NCBI GenBank assembly: GCA_977016875.1
Contig: CDRNST010000072.1
Location: 682,001 to 746,000 of the forward strand
Source: Pavona decussata
Lineage: Eukaryota
Length of the DNA: 64,000 bases
Direction of reading: 5' to 3'
In this document: piece by piece, positions 46,931-60,500 of the stretch
Layout: each line of letters begins with the position of its first letter
How positions within the stretch are numbered: the first letter of the stretch is position 1
Program-made: the position numbers and the translations under genes
Notes under the pieces: generated by a model
What the model saw: the letters and a program-made list of their open reading frames with translations, nothing else
Told to the model about the DNA's origin: nothing
The model's database searches: none

Positions 46931-49900
46931 CATTATGCATACAACAGATTTTAAAATGATCTTTACTTCACTTTGCTGTTCTAAAGTTTAGCACATACTG
47001 TATTTCCCTTTAAAGATTAGATAAAAATGTGACAAATAGCTAAGCTTCCTACAATCCAGACTATTTTGCAAATTTGCTTCAAGTCACCAGCATTTTGTCT
47101 TCTAACCTGGCTATTTGCATAGAAGGATTGGTGGTTGAACACACATCCTACTGTTCTGTAGGGGTGGTCTGGGCGCGACTGCTTCAGAGCAGGTGGGTCA
47201 TCTGGATTGATTGGGCAATGTGCGTACCTGTTGATCAATGTTGTCAAAATCCCATTAAAGCAACAAGTTTTTATTTCCTTTTTAAATAAGAAGATACAGA
47301 ACATCAAGCTTCTCTCCCTAGAACAAGTCAATTTTCTGATGATGAAGGATATATGCCTATTCACAGATCAGCCTTCAATAAGACCAACAAACTGAAGTGA
47401 CTAAATACAATGCGTCAATATTATTTTTTTCGTACTACAGTGTCAATGAAACTGTCACCATTCATTCTTTAAATTTAATTAAATTTGAATATTTATCTTA
47501 ACTACAGATCTATCCTGGATAGACATTTTTTTAACTTAATGAAAAAGAAGAAGAAGAAGAAGAAGAAGAAGAAGAAGAAGAAGAAGAAGAAGAAGAAGAA
47601 GAAGAAGAATGTAGCTGCATTATATGAATTTATGAGTACTAACAGCTGTAACAATGACTAAAAATGGGATACATTCATTTAAATTACATGTTTCTATTTT
47701 ATCTACTAAAATGTTGCAGCTATTTGTATACTGGAGGTTGAAAGAAGAAATGGTGGAAAAATTGAACAAAGTCATTTAAATTTAGATAAACTTAACACTG
47801 CATTTACATATAGTTGAACATTAAAATGGTACGGTGTTTGAAAATGCTACAAACAGAAACCCATTGTTAGGCCCACAGCTATAGAGTGTTTTCATTCACG
47901 TGACTATCGGCCATATTGGTTTACTGAAACAAAAGAAAGTATTTGCATAAAAATAGAGTTCAATTCCCAGAGGTTTAGTTTGGGACACCAACATGGCCGC
48001 CGTGACGTCATGTGAAAACACTCTATACCTACATGTCTGATAGGACAAAATAACAAAACAATTTAAAAAAATTATTTGACTTACATGTACTTCACTTCTG
48101 ACTAGACATGTATTATATAGCAAAGGAAGTAGTTACCTATGTGCTGTTAAACTCTCCCAGAATGTGATCTCTCCTTCAGGGCTGATTGTCATCACCCAGG
48201 TGTGGGCCGCACCTTTAGCCTTGGTGCCGACACAGACATAAGCATTTAGGCCAAAGCCTAGCAGGAGACTACACAAAAGAACGGCATGATCTTCACAGTC
48301 CTTTGAAACAAGAAAGAAGACAGAGTAGTACTAAGGACCATTTTTAAGAAAAGGCTGGGCAAACAACCAGTTTTAAGCCACTGCTAAATGTTACAACATT
48401 TGTTGTACGACAATGTTGGATGCGTGGCTAAATATAATTTTATTAAATCACTGTAAGATCCAAATTCCTGCATTATTCAACCAACAAATGTTGAACTTGT
48501 ACAACAATGTTTGATTGTTTAGCTGTAGCTTTACATGTAGTGAGTTTCGAAAAATCTTATTTTTTTTTTGCAATCGTTTGCTCTTTTTTTAAAAATGTAC
48601 CTTCTTTTCCTTCATCTAATATCCTTAAATTCAGTGCAGCTACAAACAGCCCCAGTTTTTGGACATTCCTCAAGTATCATTTGTCTGGCTTGGTTTTGCT
48701 TAGTACATAGTTTGCATTGCTGGTGAAAAGCATACCACTTTGAGGCCAAATTTCACAAACAAAAGCTGCAAATAATCATAGACAACATCATAGACAACAA
48801 CAACAACAATAACAAAACGAAAATTTAGTCATTTGAGATGGTTATGTCTGGATCGACTCCTTTGACATTTGACATTTTTTTTGACATTTATTTTTTTGCC
48901 TTTTTTCCCAATTTACTGACAATCAATCCAGGTGACCTCTAGAAACCACCAGGCTTATAGTTGAGGCCACCTCGTACGTAACAAATGATATGCTTGCATA
49001 GATAGTGCTACAAGAATGCAGCTTTGCCAATTCAATAATTATTTTACTAAAAACTCTAGCAGATTTTTTCTTTTTTCTTTGCTTGTCGGTCAGAAAATAG
49101 CAAATTTATTGAATGGATGTAACATTTAAGTCCTGGTCAACACAGTTTTGATTTTTTAGTGACATGGCTGCCAATTTTGCCACCTATTTTAGACTTAAAC
49201 AGCCTTAGAACACTTGTTAGAGTTAGCCGGAGCTACATAAAGTTGACTTGACTTGACTAGGGACCCAGCTCTTGTGATCTAGACTACTCCTGACAAGTAA
49301 TCAACAGCGAGAAGCATTTCAAGAATGCTGCACTTACGCCTTTTCCTTTGCAGAGAAAAGCATGTAAACTGCTCCACATCTCAGCTTTTCCACCACCAAC
49401 AGAAGGTGCATGCTCATATCCCAAAAGGATAATGAACCTTGCAGCTTGCCGAGGACTATCGAGTAATCGCCCTGCACGAAGAGGACGGACAAACGAACAC
49501 ACGGGACGATTTGTTCCACATTCATCCTGTGCAAAAATCTTTACAAGTCTATTGCTGTGAGATGCGCGAATTTGAAGAAATTCTCTCCACCACTGTTTTG
49601 CATACACTAAGAAAAATCTTTCTCTTTCGGCTATTCTGGAGTGTTCTAAGTTAACTTGTGCTGCTATAACATCTTTGGTGACAATCTGGAAAATAATAAT
49701 GTCATGTAAAACAAAATTTATTCAAGTGGAACCTCTCAGTCTGCTATTTCAAGACTGTAGAAACCAGCCCATATGGTACTAATAATAATTATTGAGCACT
49801 CAGTTGAACAAAGATATCTAAGTGTTGGTTTTGAATCACTGTCAATTATGCGTTTTGATGTTGACAACTGAAAATATTCAGTTGCTTAGTTGGGATTTAA

Positions 49901-52900
49901 TGAAAGCATTCTGTCTGTAAAAAAAGAAACTAAAAAATAAATTAATTAAAAAAAAATAAAAATAAATAAAAAATAGGTATTTTAATTATTTCTTGTCAAA
50001 AAAACCTAAAATATATTAGTTTCTGCTACTGTTATGCCAGAAGCAGAACCTCCTCCCAGGCAACTCAAGTAAGCAATGCTACCTTAAAGTTACCATCTGT
50101 AGTAACAGTTATGTGCAGCTATTATTACAATTATTGTAATCTAAATTCTCTAATCTAAAAAATAGTAAGTATACTATAAATGCTTAATAATATTTTAAAT
50201 TTTGCAACTGACAAAATAGTGTGATTCTGATACAAAAAAAAAAAAGAACAACAAATATTTATTTAGCCTCCCACGCAGTCGTTTTTAGGGGACTCGAATT
50301 ACCTCCTCCCCACAAACGCCTGCTTACCCAAGCGCCACATTCCTTTCCCATTGTTTTACTACCCAAGCACCCTAGCCAATCATCATCGAGGCATTGTCCA
50401 ATGATATCAAATCAAATTCCTGGTTACAACGGCCGCTTCCGTTTCCCGCGAGCTTTGTACAGTCTCTGGTACAGTCTTGAGAGATGCGGGAGTTAAGTTA
50501 GAATGTACATATATTTTTTCACTTCTGGAATGGCTGGTTATGGCTGAAACGCCAAAACAAATATCGTGTGTGAATAAAAGCGCTTCTTGTGCGACGTTTT
50601 GACACCGTTATCTGCTGGGAGAGTCAAAATCTTCGGGAAAGTGTAGTCGATCTTCCCCGCCTGATCGACTTGACAGTCGATGAAGATATCACCTCTTACG
50701 CTACTCTACGTTACTCTGGAGCAGATTTGTTCGTTTGAACGAAGTGCTTCGAGAGACTAACTCGATTCAAGGGAAGATCTGCTGTATTTATCAGTCCATT
50801 GAAGACTATTAAACGGAAAGTTAAACGACAAAGAGCCGACTAACTTGTGGTCCTTGTGGAAAATGTCAGCTAATGTCGTACATGCCCTCGAACAAATTGC
50901 AATAATAAAGCGAGTTTCAACTGCAAAATTTTTAAAGTTTACCGACATATTTGGTAATATTTCGGTTTCCTCCACACCGAAAAGGTCGACAAGATTGAAG
51001 GCAAAGCAATAAATATTAAAGCGACTTTGCTTAACCATTGGGCAAATTGACGAAAATATCGCTATTTCCCGTCACGAATTCTAATTCTTTGATTGCAGTC
51101 CGTTGATAGACATTTAAACTAGAAATTTAGGGCACACAATACTCAAAGCTTGCGTAAGCTCGGTAAAGTTCTGTCTCTGCCGTGATGTTTTAACTGTTCG
51201 AGACCGCGAGAGGCGTTCTGAGGTCAAGGTCAACCTTCCAGATTTTAGAAGGTTCGCTGTGATTGGCTTAGCGGCGGAAAGGAATGTGGCGCTTGGGTAA
51301 GCAGGCGTTTGTGGGGAGGAGGTAATTCGAGTCCCCTAAAAACGACTGCGTGGGAGGCTAATATTTATTAAGAACCTAATCAAAAAGCCCTTTAAAAATA
51401 ACCACGAAGAAATAAATGAACATTTAGGGGATATATTTTAAAATAAGAATCCGTGTGAGCTGTGTAGCACCCATTTAATATGTCTGATGGGAATGAAACT
51501 ACATGTAAATCACTTTTGGAGTCCTGATGTGAGCACATATCCTTGTACTTCCCCAGGCTTTTAGAAAAATCTAATCCAGAGGCCATGGGTTCAAAACCCG
51601 CCAATTTCAAATGGGTAGGTATGATTTACAGGAAACAATTTGTGTCATACACCTGTCGTTAGCTTGTCGGATGCGACAAAGTTGTACCATGTAAATTGTC
51701 CTTAAGGATGTATGTCCTCAGTTCAGCACTTTAAATAAAATTTGATTAATTTCATTTCCATCATTAATTTTTATTTTATAGACACAAGTGTTTTACTGGA
51801 AAATAAACCACTTGTAAAATGCATACGAAACTACATCCGGGACCCGAGTGGCATATTTTCCATATCCTCACTAGTGAGGATATTGATGATGTCATTTCCT
51901 GCCTTTTCATGGTTGTTTATGCAAACAGCCGGTGAAAAATGGCGAGCGATAGATTTGTCTATATATATAATAAAAAGAAAATTACACAGCGGGTTGAAGA
52001 TATGAATTTTATTTTCTTGTGTTAAAAGCAAAATTTTACCACTCGAAAATAAAATTCATATATTTGCGCCGCTGTGTAATATCCTCTCTATATTTTAATA
52101 CCTGACTAAGCCTCGGGATTATTTCAAATTTTATCTCTAATATTCCCATAGGTACTTTGGCCTCAGTGCCTACTCCATTGATTTCAACAGGACATGCCAG
52201 TCGTCCATTATTTGAGGCCAGAATATCTCGCCACTCAAGGAAATGTGAACCAATCAGAGTTGTGTCACCAGACAGATCAGTTTTAATGAGGACAAGGTGA
52301 ATGTTATCTGACAGTGATAACAAAGTTGCTGAGTCAGCCATTTTACCACCATCTTTTTGCAGTTCCAATAAAAATCCTGTAAAAATATACCAATCAGATA
52401 ACCATTAGGAATTAGGAAGATGTAACTAAAAGTTTGTTACACTAAAATAACATTTTTTTGCAGTGTGGTGGAAATTCATAGCTTCACTATGATTCTTCTT
52501 CTAATGGCAACAAAAGTTGAAAGTTGGAGACACAATGTTTTCAAAACATCTCTGAGTTTCTTTCTCAATGTACTGGACCAGTCTGCAAAGCATGGCATGT
52601 GCATGCGCAAGTATCGCGTTCCCGCATATTTTGTGTGCACACCAAAATTACCAATTCATGATACATGCCAAATTTAGTTGACGAAATTAAGTTGCTGAAA
52701 ACAGCCTTTACGAATATTGCGTACTTTATGTTGCCACTCTGGCTTACCTGATAAGTTTATGTACTGAAAGAATAACAGACGACCTAAAATGAGGAGTATG
52801 ATTCAGATGACATGTTAAGTAATATTTTGTTAGGATTTGCAAACATGCAGATTGCAGATAAAAATCTCCAGCTCCAGGCAAGTGGGGCTAAGGATTTTCA

Positions 52901-54229
52901 GGAGGGGTGTTATACTGACGTGTAGGAACCTGCACGCATCAGCATGCAGGTAACTTCAAAGATCATTAAACTGCACATGGTGCACGCCAATAAAATGCCT
53001 AAAGTTGCATATGCGAGATCTTGTTGAGCTTGCCATACTCGGCAGACTGGAATGTGGAGACTAACGCTTTGACCGTAAAACTACATTGTATACATGTTAG
53101 AGTAAAATGAAAGGAAAAGTAATTTACATCGTAGCCTAGGACTGATACAAAGGGGGTTGATATATTCACCTTCAGTTATGTTTGGTTCACAAGCACAAGG
53201 AGCGGGTCTTGACCTAAACCGCTGTCCTTTGAAGTGAACATGCAGAGTAAACGTTGATGTAACCTTTCCAGGCATGGGTTCAGGATCCTGTAGATGCTCT
53301 AAAAATGCTTTTCCTCCAAGCACTTGCAAATATAGATACCGTTTTGTTGGATCCACTCCAACTGGAACATAAAATATCAACTATGACCACCAGAAAAGAA
53401 CTACATGTAATAATTTGTCATGAACGTTGGGTCTCTGTTATATGCTTGATTACATTCTTACTCTTACCATGTCCCTCATGCATTATGGGGCAAGCAGAAA
53501 AGAGGCAGTCCCCCCGCCACCTCCTTAGCATAAGAACATAATAAGAACTCAAGTGAGCCATGTATCCAATATAGACGTACGCGGTAATATAAATTCAGTG
53601 TATTTAATGGAGGAAGTATACAGGAGGTATAAATTGTCTTACACATGATCGGTCGCATCAAGAGCGCCTTATGTGCGATTATTTGTTTGAATCGCATACT
53701 GTTTTTGTTTCTTGAAAGAAGAACGATTCCTCTCAAATAAATGAAGCCTTCACTTTATTGCCAAGCAAATGGTACTAACCTGTACTAACACAATTTGCCA
53801 AGTAGCAAGTAGTTTTTGGCGGTGCTTTTGAGTTTTGATACTTAAAATCCTATACCTGCTTAGCAAAAAACTTGCCATCCTTTATATAAATGGGTGTGTG
53901 GCTAAAAAAATGGAATGTCCCGTGGGAAAATATCTCGCATTACCTCTTGTAGGGATTTCTTCTATAGTTTCTTCCCTTCTTCTGTCTTTTGATCGCCTTG
54001 GCTCCCTTTCCAAACCTTCGAATTTTAGTGTGTTCATCACATCATCAACAATACCTCGTTCTTTCAAAGCATTTAACAAGCCCGCCTCATCAATCACTCC
54101 GCTTTCAAAATCTTCGCCTCTAAACGACTCATCCACGCATTCCTTAATTCTCGAATGGACGTTCATTTGCGACAGATGATTGTGAATAATTTGTTTTAGT
54201 TCTTGAACTTTTTCCGTTGGAAGAGCCAT
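44228..54229 (-). CDS. CEP76: Centrosomal protein of 76 kDa (651 aa, 10 exons)
   Basis: Exons (-) 54229-53944, 53361-53170, 52376-52102, 49685-49338, 48300-48137, 47227-47107, 45533-45429, 45260-45153, 44758-44541, 44366-44228. GT-AG, 1956 nt. Motifs RYLYLQVLGGKAFLEHL, YAKQWWREFLQIR, KGDCEDHAVLLCSLLLGFG, GHTFKGFPIQF, VWIMFAVRYRSVL*. Confidence 0.96.
44795..44985 (-). mobile_element. tRNA-containing dispersed repeat (second partial copy 58146-58250)
   Basis: Minus strand ...gagtctcctgtagctcagtggtagaacatccgaactagtaatcggaaggt... with a conserved 5' leader shared by the copy at 58146-58250. Confidence 0.7.
45577..46012 (+). mobile_element. Probable bipartite (internally deleted) RTE-type element
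   Basis: 5' part resembles RTE 5'UTRs (gtcctccaggttggggatttggtgtaaggctaacaaccc). 3' part resembles a decayed RTE ORF end and finishes in (GT)n. Confidence 0.45.
46470..46935 (+). mobile_element. 3' fragment of CR1/L2-type LINE with (ATT)n tail
   Basis: FIYKCLN...HDYNTR...WNKLDLSIRQSPSLASFKRVL, then aataaag(att)n. Confidence 0.75.
47546..47609 (+). repeat. (GAA)n microsatellite (~21 units)
   Basis: Direct reading. Confidence 0.95.
50264..51360 (-). mobile_element. Non-autonomous AcademH-like DNA transposon with RecQ-like helicase relic
   Basis: ~85-bp TIRs tagcctcccacgcagtcg.../...cgactgcgtgggaggcta. 9-bp TSD atatttatt (50255-50263, 51361-51369). Minus-strand relic YQRTAIKE..FVTGNSDIFVNLPNG*AKSL/LIFIALP at ~50990-51120. 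Confidence 0.85.
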
Positions 54230-54542
54230 CTTGTATTTTTCTGTGAAATATTCTGTTCAAAATATGGCGCCGAACTTCCGGAAACGGAAACTGCGCAGTA
54301 CTACTCACGCTTATTTTTTGTTAAGATCCGCTGGTTTGAAATACTGCTGTTCATACAACGCGTGCGAGTTTTGAAAATCGCCGCTGTAATTATACCACAG
54401 GCTCATTTCATCTTGGCGCAAAAATTTGAACTTAGAAGGAAAATTTTCAGAATTTTTAAAACCAACTGTTCATAGCTTATTTGAAGATGTGTTATGGATT
54501 TGGACAATTAGAAAGGCACAGAAGATCAAAATAAGCGCCGTT
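54230..54542. promoter_or_regulatory. Putative bidirectional promoter CEP76 / TRIP13
   Basis: 313 bp between divergent ATGs. Motif cluster aatatggcg (YY1-like), cttccggaa/cggaa (ETS), tgcgca (NRF1-like), several TTTGAA (CHR-like). Confidence 0.65.
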
Positions 54543-57500
54543 ATGGAGCAAGTTCACAATCTTTCTGAGGCCCTTCCTTCACAGGCTTCTCTAACTTATC
54601 ATGTCGAAGTTCTTCAAGATCCTTGCAGGTGATTAACATTTCCTTCATGAGTTATACCTGTCCATCACTCTCTGTTTATCTTTTAGATTTCTTGTAACAT
54701 TTATTATTGAATCTGAAATGCTTCTTTAGTCGAGTGAATAGAAAGCAAGATACATTAAGCGTAGTTTTTTGTTGAAGCCAATTATATAAGAAAGCAGACG
54801 ATCGAGCTGTTAACTAACGCACTGCCCTCCAAACGAAACAAATATCGGATACACAGTGCCTCCGTGATTTGGATCGGCTAGGAACCTCTTGGGAATATTG
54901 CCCATAACGACTGTGCATGCTGTCATCAGCATGGAAGGTGGCATCATTAATTTTTCTCTTTGAAAAGGGTAGCGATAAGAATAATGTTATCTTCATTTAT
55001 AGGATGAAAGTGTACATTACAATTTGTATGCTCTTTATAGAGAGTGATAGGTGTTAATACCTTCATTATACTTTAAGCCCTGGTCAAAAAGTGCATGATA
55101 GTCAATGACAGTTGATGATAGTCGATGATAGTTAAAACTCACGCGTTCGTTTGACCATCAATTGTCATGGGCTATCATCAACTATCAACTATCATTCACT
55201 TTGAGTGTCTTCAAATTCCGCTTTTGTTACTTTCAAGGGACTCGTGCTATATAGAGAAAACACTGTGTAAATGCATGTGCAAAATGGCATAGATATTCAT
55301 TTAATATGCGACATCGTTATGACAAATTCATGTAAAATGTACATGCAAAATTTAACTAAAATTTGATTAAAATTACAAATTTAAATATTGTAAAAGAACA
55401 CAATATTTTTAAAAAGTGAAAATGTCAGAAGGATAACGTGCCCTGTACATGATTTCGTCCAGATGTAATCTGCATATTTCACAATCTGCTTTCCAAACTC
55501 CCCAAAAACCTAACCATAAAAATGTGTCATCTTACATGATTAATAACCATGCCATTTGCGTATGCCTTTAGACAGTGTTTTCTCTATATAGTGCGATTCC
55601 CTTAAAAGTAACGAAAGGCCCTCAAGTTTTTCCTGTTTGACCACGGAATTAACAATTGTGTGGGGAAGAAAACTGATTTTTTATATGTTTGTACAGGTAT
55701 AGGGTACTTGGGACATACATGTAGTGTTCACTATGCATGTGTCCAGTTTTCCGGGAAGTCCTAATGAGGGAATCTAAGGGAAGGAGAGATCTATTATCAA
55801 GTCCCTTCTTAAAATGGCAAAGTCTATCTATCTCTCGTCTCTTCTGGAGTGAATGCCAGCCAAGTTGTGATAGGAGACTGGTGACGTTACCTTGCTCATA
55901 GTTCTTATATTCAGACATAATAAAATGCCCCAAAGGACAAAATCAATGTTCAACTTTAATCGGGTTCATGCCTTGTGGACAGAGATATAAGTTCAAGTAT
56001 GCTTTTAAAGCCCCTTTTAAGTGAGCCATTTCCTCATAAAGGTGAAATCTCATTACAAACCATGAAAAACCCACGCACATACACTGTACATTTAATTCTA
56101 TCAGACCGAAAGATCAGTTTGGTTTAAATTCCCCACCCTCACCCCCTTTTCTTGTTGAAGCAGTTATGGCCTGACACTCAGACCACAGTTGGTAAGATAA
56201 CTGTAGGTTGTAGCTAATGATATCATTTCAATGTTGTTGTAGTACGGCAAGACCCAGTATAATAAAGGAGCATGTGAGGAAGTTTTTGATCTATGAGGCT
56301 ACTGTGTATGGTGACACTACCTTCACAGAATTCACAGATGGATTTTTAGCAGAGCATGTTAAATCTGTGTCTGTCTGTGACACAGAGATGGTATCTAAAG
56401 ACAGACAGGTGAGCAGAGGATTTTTTCGCAACTGCTTTAGTTGCATACTAACTGCGAGGCTCTTTCTTCAATAATTTGAACTTTCAGTTTTAATTATTAG
56501 ATTGACAAATTATTTTTATATCTATTAACTCTGTACAGGTGTAGAGCCATATTTTATTTCTTGTACCTCTTTAAGCATTAGAAGACTTTCATGTTTAGTG
56601 ATAGTGGTTTTATTCTCATGACTGGTACATGTATGTTTGATCAAGTTAGGAAATTGTAAGGAGAATATTTAGATGCTGATCACTTATGGAGCCTAAAAGG
56701 TTCTAAAAAACTGAAAATTCTATGTGGCTTATTATCGGCAGACCAGACTTGGGAGGGGAAGAACAAATGAAAAGAAAACTTCCAATCATGGACACATCCT
56801 TAGCTGATTTTTGAGTTTAAGAGGTCCGTTGATGAATATCTTTTTCAGGGCAATCTTAAGAATTGCAAGCTAGCAATCCATGTTTTCCAGCTTCATGATG
56901 ATGGACCAGCTACGGAGGAGTTAGAGGAAGACATAGCCGCTGCAAACCACTGGCTTCTACCTTCTGGTACAGGAAATTATTATAATAGGAAATTAATGCT
57001 TGTGCTAATTAAAGTTTTACCAAGCTTAATCTGTTAAAGATTCATAATACAGTACGTGGAAAAAAAAGCTTCTTGTTTTTAGGTGTCAAGAATTTCTGGA
57101 CTTGGTCCAGAATTTGGGATTCAAATGATGTAAAGTAACTACAAGGTCATGGAAATAAAAAGGTTCACTTAATTCACAGCCAGAAATGAATGCTTCAATA
57201 TTCTGGATGTACATTGTAAGCATTCTTGTTGTGGTTGTATATTTTTAAATGCAGTTAAATACAGGTTACCTAAGTTAACAATCTCAAAGAGCAGTTAGCA
57301 GTCACTGTACTGTTATTCAATTGGGTCATGCGGTCACATTGTAACAGTCAATTTGGTGCTTTGTCAGGTGGATTGCACTGTTTTAGCGCAGTTGTCTTGG
57401 TTCCCCTTCCCTTCCCTATTTTCCAATGAACACTCAGCTTGCCAGTGTGATAGGTGCTTGGATGCCTAGCGTGCACATGGGGGCTCATGGCTGGGTTGCG

Positions 57501-60500
57501 GGGATTGCCAGCCACAGAAATGGTCTGGGGGCTAGCTGGCTTCATGAATTCATGAATGCAATACTATAATTATTTTAATTATGTTATTATGATTTTGCCA
57601 TGACTCAGTGTAAATACCAATTTTTTTTTTAATGCAAATCTTTATTTTACAATTTTGAAGTGTAAATACCTAGTTATCTACATATGACACTTTGATTGTT
57701 TGATCTGTACTCTGTCTCAATTATTTTGCAGAGGATTTTCATGGAATCTGGGAAAGTTTAATATTTGATTCAGATGTTAAAGCCCAGGTAAAAGAAATAG
57801 TACAGTATGTAGTTCATTAATAGAATGCTGGACACGTCATGACTTCTGTCCGCACATTATTATCATTATGAATTTTATCATTCAAAACCATGAGAAAAAA
57901 CACAAAGTCAGTTCATGTAGTTTTTCCAGAAAGACTCAGAGTTTTTTTGTAATTCTTTATTGATCATATGTTACGCTTCAAATTTATTTTTAATTTGAAA
58001 TTTTTGAAATCAGATTGTTTTTTTTTTAATGTCGATTGTTCCAGGTAATGGCAATGTTATGGTTTAATTTTAGCTGTGGTTCGAATTTTTTTCAAACCAG
58101 TTTATTTTTTCCGAACCAGTTTAATTTTCTCAAACCAGTTTATTTTCTTGCTCTACCACTGAGCTACAGGAGACTCGTGGGAGCTATTAGGCCATTAAAC
58201 TAGGTTCATGGGACAAACATCCTGCATACTGCTAGGATTGGAATGTAAAAAATGGTTTTATATGTAATTAAAATGGTTTGAATATTTTGAAACCAACAGA
58301 TCAGACCCTGCCTGCATTTATATAATTATATGTTATCACAAAACGAGTTCAAAATCTAATACTGTACTACCTATTACCATGCCATGGAATATTGCATCAA
58401 TTGCAGATGTAATCATGCATTTTTTAATAGGCTTTTTGTTGCTTGTGAGGTGGTTCAGGATAATTGACTATTTTGTTTCTTTAAGTTTAAGTTTACTTGG
58501 GTATAAGAAATTATTTCTTGTGCAGTGAGCTATTTTCTTTAATCTTTAACACTTGTCTAACTACAATTTCTTTGTATGCTGTGCTTAACTTAAAAAAGGA
58601 CATGGCAAGTTGCCCTTTTTTTAATTTAAACACAGCATGCAAATATATTTATTTAGCAATTTTATATGCAATACTTCTTGTCTTGTTCCTTTTCAGCTGA
58701 TTAATTATGCAATGACGACATTATTGTTCTCAGACAGGTTTGGATAAATTTTGCTTCTAATATGTGAGATTGCACTTGTTATACAAAGAAAGTGAAATTT
58801 TGCTCAACTTATCCTGAACTTTGAATATTTGACTTGTTATTGGTTGTTATTTCTTCTTGCACTCAATCACTCAGTATTGATTTTTACAGAAAAAATGGCA
58901 AATGTGGGACTCAGTGACCTTATATAAAGTAAAATGTATATTAGAGAAAATAGAAAATATCCTTATCCCCCAGAAATGCACACATGCAGGGATTAGCATC
59001 AGAAATTACACAGGGTTCGGGAGTCTCAAAGACCAATAAATTTGAAGGAAAGTTTGAACTTCAAGCTAAATAATAAATATTATTGAAATGTCCAGAGCAG
59101 TAGGAAAGGGGTGAGGAGGTGGGGGCGGGGGGTACGGGTTTGGGAAGAAAATCCTTTTTGTTGGGGGGAAGGAGGAGGGGTATGGATATTTCCTAGAATT
59201 ACACAATTTGTATTTAACATGCCACAACTGTTAGTTGGAATTGCAAAGTAAAAATCAGATTCCTCAATTTTATGGCTTGTAAGTCTTGAGTCTTGTTATT
59301 GGTGTTGAATCCATGACCTTTGACGTGCCAGTTAGAAGCTCAAATCACTGAGAGGGAGATTCCTGCTGGCGAGGCCTTTTTCTATATTGTGGAAGGACTT
59401 CATTGATAGCTTTTTTTCCCAATTGTTTCATTGACATCCTGATCATTTTGTACATGCCCAATATTTTGTACAGAAATTACATACACAATTACTTAAGGCC
59501 ATTGGTCATTTCTTAGGATCTTCTGGGTCCTTTGATGATAACAGAGCATAACTCTCTCTGATTCAACTTGGTGTTTTGTCCTCGTTTGTAGGGGTGTAAA
59601 CAGCAATGTAATATCATGGAATCGAGTTATACTTCTTCATGGTAAGGAATAAGTAATTTATCAATCCTGTAAAAAGTGAGGTACACTGTACATGTACATG
59701 GCTGTTGCCAATAAAAAAAATTTGAAGGAGCACAGAAGGTCAAAAGTCTGAGAAGTTAGGAGTCCAACCTGTGAAATGTTACAATGTAGAGCAATTTCTT
59801 GGGTGTCCCTGGCTACCGGGCTCTCAGAAGCAACAGTGTTGCTGTGATCACCATTATATCAGGCATACATCTTTTATTTGTTTATAATTAAATGTAAAAT
59901 AATTATATAGGGTCAGTGTGAATGTTCTCTACAATTTCTGATCAGTACAGGTCAGTAGTGACAATTTCAATAAAATTGACCTAACATCACAGGCACTGTA
60001 TGTACCTTAACTTCAAAAGAGGGTGGGGTGGAAGTTTATGTTAACGACCGTCTTGGTTTTGGGGATAGGGTCTCAAAAGCCTATTAAAGGTACATGTAAA
60101 GCTAAACTGGAATCTAGAGGGGTGAGGTGGGGTGTGAGTTCTCAGGCTAAATTTTTTTTCCATGGATTGGCGGGAGTATGGATATTTTCTAGAAAATCAC
60201 AAATTAAACTTCATTGAGCTAATAGCCTTTCTTTAAATAAATGCATTTTCTAGGTCCACCAGGAACAGGCAAAACATCCCTTTGCAAAGCCTTGGCTCAA
60301 AAGTTGAGCATCAGACTATCAGATAGGTAAAACAGATCTACTGTTTATAACAAACATGGCATGCAGCTTTATTTTGTAAACACTGGCCACAAATACCTAG
60401 TACATGCATGGTTGAATCAATAATAAAAGTTAGATCAGATATAATATTGAAGTTTGATAGGGTTCAAGCAAGACTTACTTCTCAGATTTCATGTAACAAC

